Shown in pieces: positions 9,041-18,016 of a DNA stretch of 64,000 bases (its first letter is position 1; every line of letters begins with the position of its first letter). Position numbers and translations under genes: made by a program. This DNA is from Vicinamibacteria bacterium (GTDB lineage: Bacteria; Acidobacteriota; Vicinamibacteria; Marinacidobacterales; Marinacidobacteraceae). The notes under the pieces are model-generated. The model worked only from the letters and a program-made list of their open reading frames with translations. It did no database searches and had not been told where the DNA came from. The DNA is taken from positions 288,001 to 352,000 of the forward strand of contig OY821641.1 in assembly GCA_963555995.3 (NCBI GenBank). The letters run 5' to 3'.

Positions 9041-9967
9041 TCACTCCATCGGGCGCAGCTCTTTCCAGCGCTCGATGAACGCGACCGCAGCCTCGACGAA
9101 CGCTTCGGCCCCGCGGCGGCCGCGCTCCACGCTCGACTCCTCGAGGTCGCGGACGCTCCAGACGCCGGTGTCGGTGATCTCGCGGGTGGAGGTGCCCTTG
9201 CCCGTCACCTCGGCCTTGAGGTTCTCGGCGAGGAACACCCGGAGCGCGGTGGGATCGCCCGCGACCACCTCGGGGACCATGCGCTCCAGGTGTTCCGGCA
9301 TCGTGAGGGTGGCGTCCCGGGCTCGCGACAGGTCCACGAGATCGGGGATGAGGTAGAGCGAACTCGACGTCTCGCCCACGCCCCCGTGTCGGTCGAAGAC
9401 CGGTTCTTCGGACTCGGGCTCGGCCCGCGCCTCCTGGCGAAATGGCGCTGCCGCCGCGCCCAGTTCCACCGCGATGCCCTCTGTCTCGTGGTTGATGCGG
9501 TCCGCGATGTACTGGGAGATGACGCGGTTGCCCCCGTGCGCGTTCAGGATCAGGAACCGCTTGAAGCCCTGCCGCATCAGGCTCTTGGCGGCCTCGAAAT
9601 AGACCTGCTGGATGGTCTCCGCCGGCAGGCTGACGGTCCCCGGAAACCCCAGGTGATACGCCGCGTTGCCCACGAACAGGATCGGCGCGACCAGCACGTC
9701 GGTCCGCTGGGCGACGAGCTTGGCGCGCTCCATCCCGTTCAGGAAGTCGGTGCCGATCGGGAGGTGCGGCCCGTGCTGTTCCAGCGAGCCCACCGGCAGG
9801 ATCACCATGTCGGTGCGGGTGAGGAGGTCCTCGACCTCCGTCCAGCTCATGTGGGGCAGGTAGTTCCTGACCTTCGTTTCTCCCCAGAGCGGATTCGTCT
9901 GGGCGCTGGCGACGCCCGCTGCGAGGAGCGCCCCGACGATGGCATGGGTGAACGTGTTCCTCGGCAT
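9041..9967 (-). CDS. Creatininase family amidohydrolase with signal peptide
   Basis: GSLEQHGPHLPIGTD, NAHGGN, HGGVGETS. Confidence 0.9.
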   Translation of the reverse strand: MPRNTFTHAIVGALLAAGVASAQTNPLWGETKVRNYLPHMSWTEVEDLLTRTDMVILPVGSLEQHGPHLPIGTDFLNGMERAKLVAQRTDVLVAPILFVGNAAYHLGFPGTVSLPAETIQQVYFEAAKSLMRQGFKRFLILNAHGGNRVISQYIADRINHETEGIAVELGAAAAPFRQEARAEPESEEPVFDRHGGVGETSSSLYLIPDLVDLSRARDATLTMPEHLERMVPEVVAGDPTALRVFLAENLKAEVTGKGTSTREITDTGVWSVRDLEESSVERGRRGAEAFVEAAVAFIERWKELRPME

Positions 9968-9968
9968 G

Positions 9969-11780
9969 TCAATGACTCCCTTCGGATTGGTTTGAGGTTC
10001 TTGAAGACCGGCTTTCGAAGCGGCCCCGGCGGAGCCGGTTCAGCGCGGCGGCGATCTCGTAGCGGCGAGGACGGGCGAGACGGCCGGGATGGGCGCCGGC
10101 GCGGCCTTCGGCCGTCAGCGATTCGAGCCCCGTCTCGTCGAGCCGGGCCTCAAGGGAATCGAGGAGCTCGCGGACCGGGAGCCCCGGGAAGTCCCGGGAG
10201 GCGGCGGCCATCGCGTACCCGGCGGCCCGGGTCTGGCTCTCGTCGAAGAGCTGTTCCACCGCCCGGAGGTCTACCTCCTCCTCGCCGTAGAGGAGGAGGT
10301 CGCGGCGCGTGGCCCGGATCCGTGGGGTCCCCTTGCGGCCGGCCGGGTCGAAACTCCGCGGTTCGGGATGGCGCTCCCGCCCGTGGAAGCCGGCGGCCCC
10401 GGCATCGGGAGACCGCCGCGTCGGATAGCGCGCGGCCACCTCGCGAGCCTGGGCGGTCACCTCGCGCGGGCGGTAGTCCGCCAACTGGATCACCGTGTCC
10501 GCAGCGTCGAAATAGTCCCCGGACCCCCCCATGACCAGGATGGTGGAGACCCGGTGGCGCTCGAAGAGTTCGCGCACCCGGTCCAGCAGCGCCACGATCG
10601 GTTCCGCCTCCCGCGCCACGAGCGCCTGCATCCGGGCGTCGCGGATCATCAGGTTGGTGGCCGAGGTGTCCTCGTCCATCAGCAGGAGCCGGGACCCCGC
10701 TTCGAGCGCCTCGACGATGGACGCGGCCTGGGAGGTGCTGCCGCTCGCGTTCTCCGTGCTGAACGCGGTGGTGGCCCGTCCCCCGGGAAGCTCGCGGATG
10801 AAAGGGCTCACATCCACCGAGGACACCGCGCGTCCTTCCTCGGCGCGGATGGTCACCGCGTCCGCCCGGGTGACCACCAGCTCCCGCCCGTCCCCGGGGA
10901 CGTGGGGGACCACCGAGCGGGCGAGCGCCTGGAGGAGCGTGGACTTGCCGTGGAAGCCGCCGCCCACGATGAGCGTCACGCCTTCCGGGATGCCCATCCC
11001 CCGGATCTCCCGGGGGCCGTCTCCCGGGTGGAGCAGGGACAGGCTCACCCGCAGCGATGCCGGGCTCTCGAAGGGAACGACCCCATCCGCGAGCGGGCGT
11101 TCGCTTGCGCCGTGGGCGCGCGGGAGGATCGCCCCGTCGGGCACGAAGGCGGCGAGGCTCCGGGCTTCGAGCTGGGAACGAAGGTGGTTCTGGTTCTCGA
11201 CCGCGTTCACGAAGGACTCGGGCGCCCCCTCCGGAAGGCTCCGGAACACGAGCGCCCGCCCCGCGATGGCAGGAAGTTCACGGGTCAGCAGGTCGGCGGC
11301 GCGGTGGCCGAGGATCCGGCGCCCCGCCGCCGGCAGACCTACCTCCACGCGGGCTTCGACGAAACCCGGGCCGGAGGGATCGCCGGAGATCCGGATCGCG
11401 GTGCGTTCGAGGACCTCCTGGCCGCCCGCGTCGATCCGGATCTGCCCGCTGTGGCCGGACCCCGCCGAGCTTCCCGAACGGGGAATCGCCCGGCGGAACT
11501 CCCGGGCCAGGAAGTCGGCGAGCGCGGTCCGGCGCGCCCGGTTGGAAGCGAGCGCAGCGGGAAAGCCGGCCGTTCCCCCGTCCATCCGGACCCGGACGCG
11601 GGAGGGAGGGGCGAAGGGATCGCGGGCCACCCGGTCCACGAAGACGGTGATGCCGTTCCCGAGGGACCACGCCCCTTCGAGATCCCGGTAGGCCGGATAG
11701 CCGCGTCCGTCCAGTCGGCGGGCGGCGCCGGCCAGGTCGGAGCCGCCACGCGGGGAGGGACGGGCGCGGTAGGCGGTGAT
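9969..11780 (-). CDS. Predicted ABC-class ATPase (COG3044-like); start uncertain, possibly ATC
   Basis: LDGRGYPAYRDL N-terminus, GGGFHGKST Walker A, TENASGSTSQAA, LLMDEDTSATN, AAALNRLR. Confidence 0.85.
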   Translation of the reverse strand: MTAYRARPSPRGGSDLAGAARRLDGRGYPAYRDLEGAWSLGNGITVFVDRVARDPFAPPSRVRVRMDGGTAGFPAALASNRARRTALADFLAREFRRAIPRSGSSAGSGHSGQIRIDAGGQEVLERTAIRISGDPSGPGFVEARVEVGLPAAGRRILGHRAADLLTRELPAIAGRALVFRSLPEGAPESFVNAVENQNHLRSQLEARSLAAFVPDGAILPRAHGASERPLADGVVPFESPASLRVSLSLLHPGDGPREIRGMGIPEGVTLIVGGGFHGKSTLLQALARSVVPHVPGDGRELVVTRADAVTIRAEEGRAVSSVDVSPFIRELPGGRATTAFSTENASGSTSQAASIVEALEAGSRLLLMDEDTSATNLMIRDARMQALVAREAEPIVALLDRVRELFERHRVSTILVMGGSGDYFDAADTVIQLADYRPREVTAQAREVAARYPTRRSPDAGAAGFHGRERHPEPRSFDPAGRKGTPRIRATRRDLLLYGEEEVDLRAVEQLFDESQTRAAGYAMAAASRDFPGLPVRELLDSLEARLDETGLESLTAEGRAGAHPGRLARPRRYEIAAALNRLRRGRFESRSSRTSNQSEGSH

Positions 11781-11863
11781 GGGGTTCCTCCAGGCTGCCG
11801 GTGGCGGAAACCGATCATATTGCGATGGCCGGCGCGCCCCCGCGACCGCGTCCCGGAAGTACC

Positions 11864-12865
11864 ATGCGGGAAACCGTGACATCCGAGTCCAAGCGGCGTT
11901 CCTACTGGGCGGACCAGACCGGCGACCTGCGCGCCCGGCTCGCCGCGGCGGTGCCGGCCGAGGAGTTGAAGCGGCTCCATCGGCGACGTCCCCTGCTGCA
12001 CTTCCTGGTGCTGGGCTGGCAGTTCCTCCTGCTGGCCGGCGGCGGCGCGGTCGCCTGGCGGGCTTCCGAGTGGTGGATCTGGCTACCGGCGGCCCTCGTC
12101 GTCGGGTTCACGGTCTTCAACTTCACGGTGATGCTGCACGAGGTGGTGCACGAACTGGTCTTCGGAGCCAGTGGACACGCCGGATACCGGGTGCTGCGTC
12201 ACCTCTACGCGTTCCCGAGCGGGATCTCGGCGACCCAGTTCACCCGCTGGCACCTCGATCATCACGCCCAGCTCGGGGATGCCGAGGCGGACCCCAAACG
12301 GCACTGGCTGTCCCCGAAGCGCAACGCCCGCTGGTTCAAGGCGCTGTATCTGACCCCGGCGCTCATCCCGATCTATTTCCGGGCGGCGCGGAAAGAGACG
12401 GCCGGCTATCCGGAAGACGTCCGGAGCGCCATCACCCGGGAGCGGAGGCTGACCGTGGCCGGCCACCTGGCCATCCTCGCCGTCCTCATCGCCGCCGGCG
12501 GCTTCTTCGCGGCGTTCAAGGCCTACCTGGTCCCGGTGTTCCTGGTGTTCCCGGTCGCCTTCACTGTGAACCGGCTGGGCCAGCACTACGACATCGCGCC
12601 CGACAACCCCGCGCTATGGGGCAGCGTGCTCCGCCCCTCAAGGTTTTGGGACGTCGCGTTCCTCGGGTCGGCGTACCACCTCGAGCACCACTACTTCCCG
12701 CGCGTGCCGTTCTACAACCTGCGGGCGCTCCACTTCCTGCTCCGGCCCTTCTTCGAGGAGATCGGGGCGCGTCCCACCAGCTACGGGCGGCTCGTCTGGC
12801 AGTGGTTCGTCCGTAACCGCGCACCGCACACCGACTGGCGGAAGCCGGCGGGATCGGCAGCCTGA
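11864..12865 (+). CDS. Fatty acid desaturase family protein
   Basis: His boxes HEVVH, HLDHH, HLEHH, plus TM helices. Confidence 0.9.
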   Translation: MRETVTSESKRRSYWADQTGDLRARLAAAVPAEELKRLHRRRPLLHFLVLGWQFLLLAGGGAVAWRASEWWIWLPAALVVGFTVFNFTVMLHEVVHELVFGASGHAGYRVLRHLYAFPSGISATQFTRWHLDHHAQLGDAEADPKRHWLSPKRNARWFKALYLTPALIPIYFRAARKETAGYPEDVRSAITRERRLTVAGHLAILAVLIAAGGFFAAFKAYLVPVFLVFPVAFTVNRLGQHYDIAPDNPALWGSVLRPSRFWDVAFLGSAYHLEHHYFPRVPFYNLRALHFLLRPFFEEIGARPTSYGRLVWQWFVRNRAPHTDWRKPAGSAA

Positions 12866-12894
12866 GTCGCCCGGCCGTGGCAGAATCCGGGACC

Positions 12895-13137
12895 ATGGCC
12901 AAGGGAACCGTCAAGTGGTACGACCGCCGGCGCGGCGAGGGATTCATCCAGCGCTTCGAGGGACCGGATGTCCACGTACCGAGTAGCGCGCTGCTCGACC
13001 GGGAGCCGGGGTTCCTGATCGAGGGTCAGGCGGTGGAGTTCGAGTTGCTCACCATCCCCGGCGGTTTCCGGGCGCGGGGAGTGCGGGTGGTGGACCGGCG
13101 GTCGTCACGGGAAACGGAGCCGCGGTCCTCGGGATAG
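12895..13137 (+). CDS. Cold-shock domain protein
   Basis: MAKGTVKWYD..RGEGFI...DVHV. Confidence 0.8.
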   Translation: MAKGTVKWYDRRRGEGFIQRFEGPDVHVPSSALLDREPGFLIEGQAVEFELLTIPGGFRARGVRVVDRRSSRETEPRSSG

Positions 13138-13234
13138 GGAGAAAAGGCCGAGGCCGGCCCGGTTCTCCGGGAAGGCAAGCCGCCCACGCCCTTTGCGTCG
13201 TTTGCGGGCCGCGCCTGCCATGGGGCTCGGTGGC

Positions 13235-13307
13235 GTTGCGACGTGCGCGGCGCGGAGCGCCGCGGGTGCCGGTCTGGAGACCGGCGTTCCAGGCTGGCGG
13301 CGCCATC
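13235..13307 (-). repeat. REP-like repeat (family A)
   Basis: Near-exact reverse complement of the 7145 copy, plus a GGCGGCGCCATC tail. Confidence 0.9.
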
Positions 13308-13468
13308 ACGGCTCTTGGCCGACTGGCGGGACTGCATCTCCGCAGCCACTGGCCGGCGTTCCCAGCCGCTGTCAGGCGTGGAACGTTGCGGTGTCATCTC
13401 GGTCCCGGGACCCGGCGAAGCGTGACTTCGACGCTCCGCCGGTCAGCCCGCCCGGGACGGACCCGCTG

Positions 13469-13807
13469 CTAGAACCGCCCGAGGGCGTCGGCTTCGGTGT
13501 CGGTGATCGTCAGGATCTGATTGAAACCGCTGATCTTGAAGACTTCGAGAATGTGCTCCTTCATCTCGCAGAGCACCAGCTTGCCCTTCACGCCGGCCAA
13601 CCGCTTGGCGAGAATCAGGAGGACACGCATCCCCGTCGAGTTGATGTAGTCCAGGCCGCCGAAGTTCACGACCACCTGGGTGGCGCCATCCGGACCAATG
13701 GCGTGCGCCATCACCGCCTGCTCGAACTCGCTGCTCGTGCGGGTGTCGATGCGCCCCTGGGGCGAGAGCACGAGAACTCCGTTCTTCGTTTCATCCGTCA
13801 GGTTCAT
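13469..13807 (-). CDS. STAS-domain anti-sigma factor antagonist
   Basis: GRID...LDYINSTGMRVL with the phosphoacceptor Ser. Confidence 0.9.
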   Translation of the reverse strand: MNLTDETKNGVLVLSPQGRIDTRTSSEFEQAVMAHAIGPDGATQVVVNFGGLDYINSTGMRVLLILAKRLAGVKGKLVLCEMKEHILEVFKISGFNQILTITDTEADALGRF

Positions 13808-14280
13808 TGGGCTTCCTCCTGGTCGCCGGCTGTAAGCGACCGGGTCAGGGTGATTCGGTTCCTACCCTTGATTCGTACGTAGTTGGTCGTCGTCATGAGG
13901 GACTGAACGAGAAAAACACCGAGCCCTCCGATCGGCCTCTCCTCAAGGGGAAGGGTCGTGTCGGGGACCGGCGCCTCGTGAAACGGGTCGAATGGTATCC
14001 CGTGATCCTCGATTTCGATGTTGAAGGTGTCGTCCACAATCGTAGCCCACACGTGAATGTGGGGGTGTTCGTGCTCTCGGGTTCCATACTTGATGACGTT
14101 CGTGACCAGTTCGTCGACCGACAGGGTGATTCGCTGCGTCTGGAGCGGCGGAACGCCGTGTGTTTCCGCAAACTCCTCAAGCGCCACGAGCATCTGGCTG
14201 AGTTCGCTCAGGTCCTTCTCCAGCTTGAAGGAAAAGGTCGGAGCCTCCGCTCTTCCGCCGGAGCCACGCCTCGGTGCCAT
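13804..14280 (-). CDS. Anti-sigma factor / Ser kinase, RsbW-like (HATPase_c_2)
   Basis: DELVTNVIKYG, IEDHGIPFDP, IGGLGVFLV; ATGA overlap with the STAS gene. Confidence 0.9.
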   Translation of the reverse strand: MAPRRGSGGRAEAPTFSFKLEKDLSELSQMLVALEEFAETHGVPPLQTQRITLSVDELVTNVIKYGTREHEHPHIHVWATIVDDTFNIEIEDHGIPFDPFHEAPVPDTTLPLEERPIGGLGVFLVQSLMTTTNYVRIKGRNRITLTRSLTAGDQEEAQ

Positions 14281-14293
14281 CGGGGCGCCAACT

Positions 14294-14441
14294 TTAGCAG
14301 CCTGCGATGCAATTCACGTCAGCCGGAAAGCCGGCGGGAAGCCCGGCGGATTTGGCGCGCGACGAAGCAAAACAGGGCGTTTTCCGGGCGAAACGCAACC
14401 CGGAAACGGGCGAAGCGGTGGGTTTCGCCACCGGCCGTCAC
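14294..14441 (+). mobile_element. Diverged copy of the CTAG-bounded MITE
   Basis: TTAGCAGCCTGCG...CACGT...GCCCGGC...GGCGCG...TTCCG..CGAAACGCAAC...GTGGGTTTCGCCACCGGCCG is colinear with 7296-7482. Confidence 0.7.
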
Positions 14442-15358
14442 CGCCCGGGTGCCGAGGATCGCAGGTCTCCGAGGGGTACGGGTCCGCCGGAGGGTTCCGA
14501 ATCCAGCATCGAGATGCTGACGGCGACCTCCAGCTCGTGCTGAGCGCCGCCCCGAAAGGTGCCACGGGTAGGCGGAACGTCGCGGTAGTCCCGCCCGCTC
14601 GCGACCCGGACGTGATGTCTCGGAGACACCGTGTTGTTGGTGGGGTCGGCGCCCACCCAGCCGAGGCCCGGGAGGAGGCACTCGATCCAGGCGTGGCTGG
14701 CCTGCGCCATGGTCTGCTCCCTCCCCTTGTGGACCGGGAAGAGGTATCCCGAGACGTATTGGGCCGGGATCCCCCAGCCCCGCACGATGGCGAGCATGAT
14801 GTGGGAAAAATCCTGACAGACGCCGCTCTCCGCCGCCAAGGCGTCGTCGATCGGCGAGTCCACCCGGGTCCGCCCCCGCTCGAAGGCCAGCGCCCCGTGA
14901 ATGCGGGAAGTCAGCTCGCGAACGGACGCCAGCGGCGTCTCGCCGCGCTCGATCCCGTGCCGGGCGACGAAGGCGTCGAGCGCGGCGGTCGGCCGGGTCA
15001 GCGGGGTGGGATGGAGCAGGTGCCACGTCGAAGGCGTCCGCAGTTCCTCCAGATCGTCCCAGGCCGCCTCCTCGGTTTCATCGGGATCGCGGGCGTGCAG
15101 GGCCACGAGGGACCGGGAGGTGATCGTCAGTTGTTCGTGTTCGCCGGGAACGTCGAAGAAGTGCACCGCGTTGCCGAAGCAGTCCTCGTAGCTGCCGAGC
15201 TCGGCGCCGGGATCGGTGACGATCTGGAAGGACTCGAGATGCTGGGAAGCATCGCTCCGGGGTTCGAGGTAGAGCGTGACGACAGCTTCCCGGATCGGTT
15301 CCGAATACCGGAACCGGGTCACGTGTTCGATGCGGTAAAGGGTGTCTTCGGAGGTCAC
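14438..15358 (-). CDS. Transglutaminase-like family protein
   Basis: GVCQDFSH, YVSGYL, SHAWIE, DPTN, GRDYRDV. Confidence 0.9.
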   Translation of the reverse strand: MTSEDTLYRIEHVTRFRYSEPIREAVVTLYLEPRSDASQHLESFQIVTDPGAELGSYEDCFGNAVHFFDVPGEHEQLTITSRSLVALHARDPDETEEAAWDDLEELRTPSTWHLLHPTPLTRPTAALDAFVARHGIERGETPLASVRELTSRIHGALAFERGRTRVDSPIDDALAAESGVCQDFSHIMLAIVRGWGIPAQYVSGYLFPVHKGREQTMAQASHAWIECLLPGLGWVGADPTNNTVSPRHHVRVASGRDYRDVPPTRGTFRGGAQHELEVAVSISMLDSEPSGGPVPLGDLRSSAPGR

Positions 15359-15402
15359 GTGGTTCGGTTCGCGGGCTCAGCCGGCGGCGCTGCGAGGGGG
15401 GC

Positions 15403-15467
15403 TGGGGTTACGACGTGCGCGGCGCGGAGCGCCGCGCGTGCCGGTCTGGAGACCGGCGCTCCCAGCC
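15403..15467 (-). repeat. REP-like repeat (family A) inside an operon
   Basis: Reverse complement of the consensus, with a GGGAGC head. Confidence 0.9.
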
Positions 15468-15479
15468 GTGGGCGTCACG

Positions 15480-16454
15480 CTATCTCCCCGCGAGCGCCTG
15501 GTCGGCGGCGTAGTAGATGTAGCGGCGGTAGATCTCGTCGTGGAGCCGGCGGGAGAGCCGGCGCACTTCGGCAAGCGTGCCCGCGAGGTCCTCCCGGTCC
15601 TGGGATCCGTAAACGAGCAGCGCCCGGAGCTGTCCGGCGGTCCGGTGCGCGGCCCGCAGGGGGTGGCGGGCGCCACCGGCCGGATCAATGCGGCCCAGGC
15701 CTTTCCGGATCTCCTCTGCGGCGAAGCGGAGGGTGTGGGGCGACTCCGGTTCGTGGATCAGGAAGGTCATCACCTTCCAGGGATCGATTTCGGGCGTGTA
15801 GTGCCGGCAGTAGGGCTCGAAACTGGCGCAACTGCGGAGCAGGAGCGACCAGTCCAGGTCGGTGTCCTCGTCGTCGAGCGCGGGGCGGTAGTTGTCGAGG
15901 ATCTCGGTGGTGACCTGGATGCGCTCCATGAACCGCCCGAGCCGGATGAAGTCCCACGCGAGCCCGTGCCGGAGTCCGTTGTCGGTCACTCCCCGGAAGA
16001 GGTAGATCTGCGCGGACGTCTCCTTGTAGAAGTTCTCGGGCTCCTTGTTCCAGAAGAAGTGCAGTTGCGTGTCGCAGAGCGAGAGGTAGGTCCGGTTGAG
16101 CTGGCCCCACATCTCCTGGGTGATCTCCTGCCGCGCCTGCCGGGCGTTCTCCCGCGACATGCCCCACAGGGAGACCATCGAGCCGGGGTTTTCGCGCTCG
16201 AAACTCATGAAGTCCGCGAGCGTGTAGGCGTCGGCGAGCAGGAACGAGTCCTCGGGCTGATCGCCGTAGAGCGGGTCGCCACCGGGCGGCGTGACCTTCA
16301 GGCTGCGGAAGAGCCGGGTCCAGCCGGCCGCCACCTGGGCGGAGGTGTTGTCGGTCACCGAGCGCACCTGGACTCCCAGGAGCCGGATGGTCTGGTCCGA
16401 CCGCTCGAGGTAGCGGCTCATCCAGTAGAGGTTGTCGGCGACGCGGGCGAGCAT
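15480..16454 (-). CDS. Alpha-E domain protein
   Basis: MLARVADNLYWMSRYLER, RENAR, LGRFMER motifs. Confidence 0.9.
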   Translation of the reverse strand: MLARVADNLYWMSRYLERSDQTIRLLGVQVRSVTDNTSAQVAAGWTRLFRSLKVTPPGGDPLYGDQPEDSFLLADAYTLADFMSFERENPGSMVSLWGMSRENARQARQEITQEMWGQLNRTYLSLCDTQLHFFWNKEPENFYKETSAQIYLFRGVTDNGLRHGLAWDFIRLGRFMERIQVTTEILDNYRPALDDEDTDLDWSLLLRSCASFEPYCRHYTPEIDPWKVMTFLIHEPESPHTLRFAAEEIRKGLGRIDPAGGARHPLRAAHRTAGQLRALLVYGSQDREDLAGTLAEVRRLSRRLHDEIYRRYIYYAADQALAGR

Positions 16455-16456
16455 GA

Positions 16457-17986
16457 TCAGGCTTCGTTCTTCGCTGGCGCCTCGGCGGCCTCCGGGACGT
16501 CCACGATCCAGGCGTCCTTGGAGCCGCCGCCCTGGCTGGAGTTCACCACCAGGCTGCCCTTCTTGAGCGCGACCCGGCAGAGGCCGCCGGGGACGATCTC
16601 GGTCCGCTCCGCCTGCAGGATGAACGGCCGGAGGTCCACGTGCCGCGGCTCGATATGGGCCCCGACGAGACAGGGCGCCCGCGACAGGGCGAGCGTCGGC
16701 TGGGAGATGTAGTTGTCCGGGTTCTCCCGGAGCGCTGCCGCGAATTCCTGCCGCTCGGTCTTCGAGGCGTGGGGACCGACCAGCATCCCGTAGCCGCCGG
16801 ACTCGCCCACCATCTTCACGACCAGCTTGTCGAGGTTGGCGAGGGTGTAGGCGAGCCCCTCCCGCTCCCGGCAGAGGGTGGTCGGGATGGGCTTGATGAG
16901 CGATTCTTCGCCCAGGTAGTACTGGATGATGCGCGGGACGTAGGCATAGACGGCCTTGTCGTCGGCCACGCCGGTCCCGGGGGCGTTCGCGATCACCACC
17001 CGGCCCGCCCGGTACGCGTGGAAGAGCCCGGGCACTCCGAGCACCGAGTCCTCGCGGAAGGTGACCGGGTCGATGAAGTCGTCGTCAATGCGCCGGTAGA
17101 TCACGTCCACCTGCCGCAGCCCGCCGGTCGTACGCATGTACACCCGCTGGTTGTGGACGAGCAGGTCGCGCCCCTCGACGAGTTCGATGCCCATCTGGCG
17201 GGCCAGGAAAGCGTGCTCGTAGTAGGCCGAGTTGTAGACCCCGGGGGTGAGCAGGACGATGCTCGGATCGCTCACCTGCGGTGGCGCGAGCGACCGGAGC
17301 GTCTCGAGCAGCAGCCGGCTGTACTGCTCCACGTCCCGGACCTGGGAACGCCGGAAGAGCCGCGGCATGCTGCGCTTGATCGCGTCCCGGCAGGCGAGCA
17401 TGTAGCTGACGCCCGACGGCACGCGGAGGTTGTCCTCGAGCACCGCGAACCCGTCGTGGGTGCGCACGAGGTCGGTGCCGCACACCGAAACGTAGGCGCC
17501 GTGCGGGACCTCGACGCCGCGCATCTCGATCCGGTAGTGCTTGTTTCCGTACACCAGCTCGGCGGGGATCACGCCGTCACGGATGATGTGGCCCTGGTGG
17601 TAGATGTCGTGGAGGAACAGGTTGAGCGCTCGCAGCCGCTGTTCCAGCCCGCGGGCCACGTCGTCCCATTCGTCGCCGCGCACGATGCGGGGAAGGCAGT
17701 CGATGGGGAAGACGCGCTCGATCGTCTGCTCGTCGCCGTACACGGTGAAGGTGATTCCCTCGTGCAGGAACGAGCGGGTGACCCGCTCCTGGATCTGCCT
17801 CAGGTCGTCCGGCGGCGTCTCCCGGATGGTCTCGAAGAAATCGGCGCAGTGCCGCCGCGGAGACCCGTCGCCATCGAACATCTCGTCGTAGAACGACGGG
17901 TTGTGGTCGTACTGGCGGAACGCGGGAGCGGCGACGGGATGCGCGGCGGTGTTGGTCATGAGCGCAGCCGCAGCGGCGTGCCGCAT
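16457..17986 (-). CDS. Circularly permuted type 2 ATP-grasp protein
   Basis: LEDNLRVPSGVSY, YRRIDDDF, ADDKAVY, SGGYGM, VVNSSQGGGSKD. Confidence 0.92.
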   Translation of the reverse strand: MRHAAAAALMTNTAAHPVAAPAFRQYDHNPSFYDEMFDGDGSPRRHCADFFETIRETPPDDLRQIQERVTRSFLHEGITFTVYGDEQTIERVFPIDCLPRIVRGDEWDDVARGLEQRLRALNLFLHDIYHQGHIIRDGVIPAELVYGNKHYRIEMRGVEVPHGAYVSVCGTDLVRTHDGFAVLEDNLRVPSGVSYMLACRDAIKRSMPRLFRRSQVRDVEQYSRLLLETLRSLAPPQVSDPSIVLLTPGVYNSAYYEHAFLARQMGIELVEGRDLLVHNQRVYMRTTGGLRQVDVIYRRIDDDFIDPVTFREDSVLGVPGLFHAYRAGRVVIANAPGTGVADDKAVYAYVPRIIQYYLGEESLIKPIPTTLCREREGLAYTLANLDKLVVKMVGESGGYGMLVGPHASKTERQEFAAALRENPDNYISQPTLALSRAPCLVGAHIEPRHVDLRPFILQAERTEIVPGGLCRVALKKGSLVVNSSQGGGSKDAWIVDVPEAAEAPAKNEA

Positions 17987-18016
17987 GCCGGAGCGGGACC
18001 GACGTTCATCAGGAGT

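Noticed and set aside
13026-13472. Short ORFs containing WNAGLQTG, ERRSPDRH or VPVWRPAFQ as a repeated peptide or RiPP precursor family
   Set aside because: They are translations of the intergenic REP in different frames, not genes.
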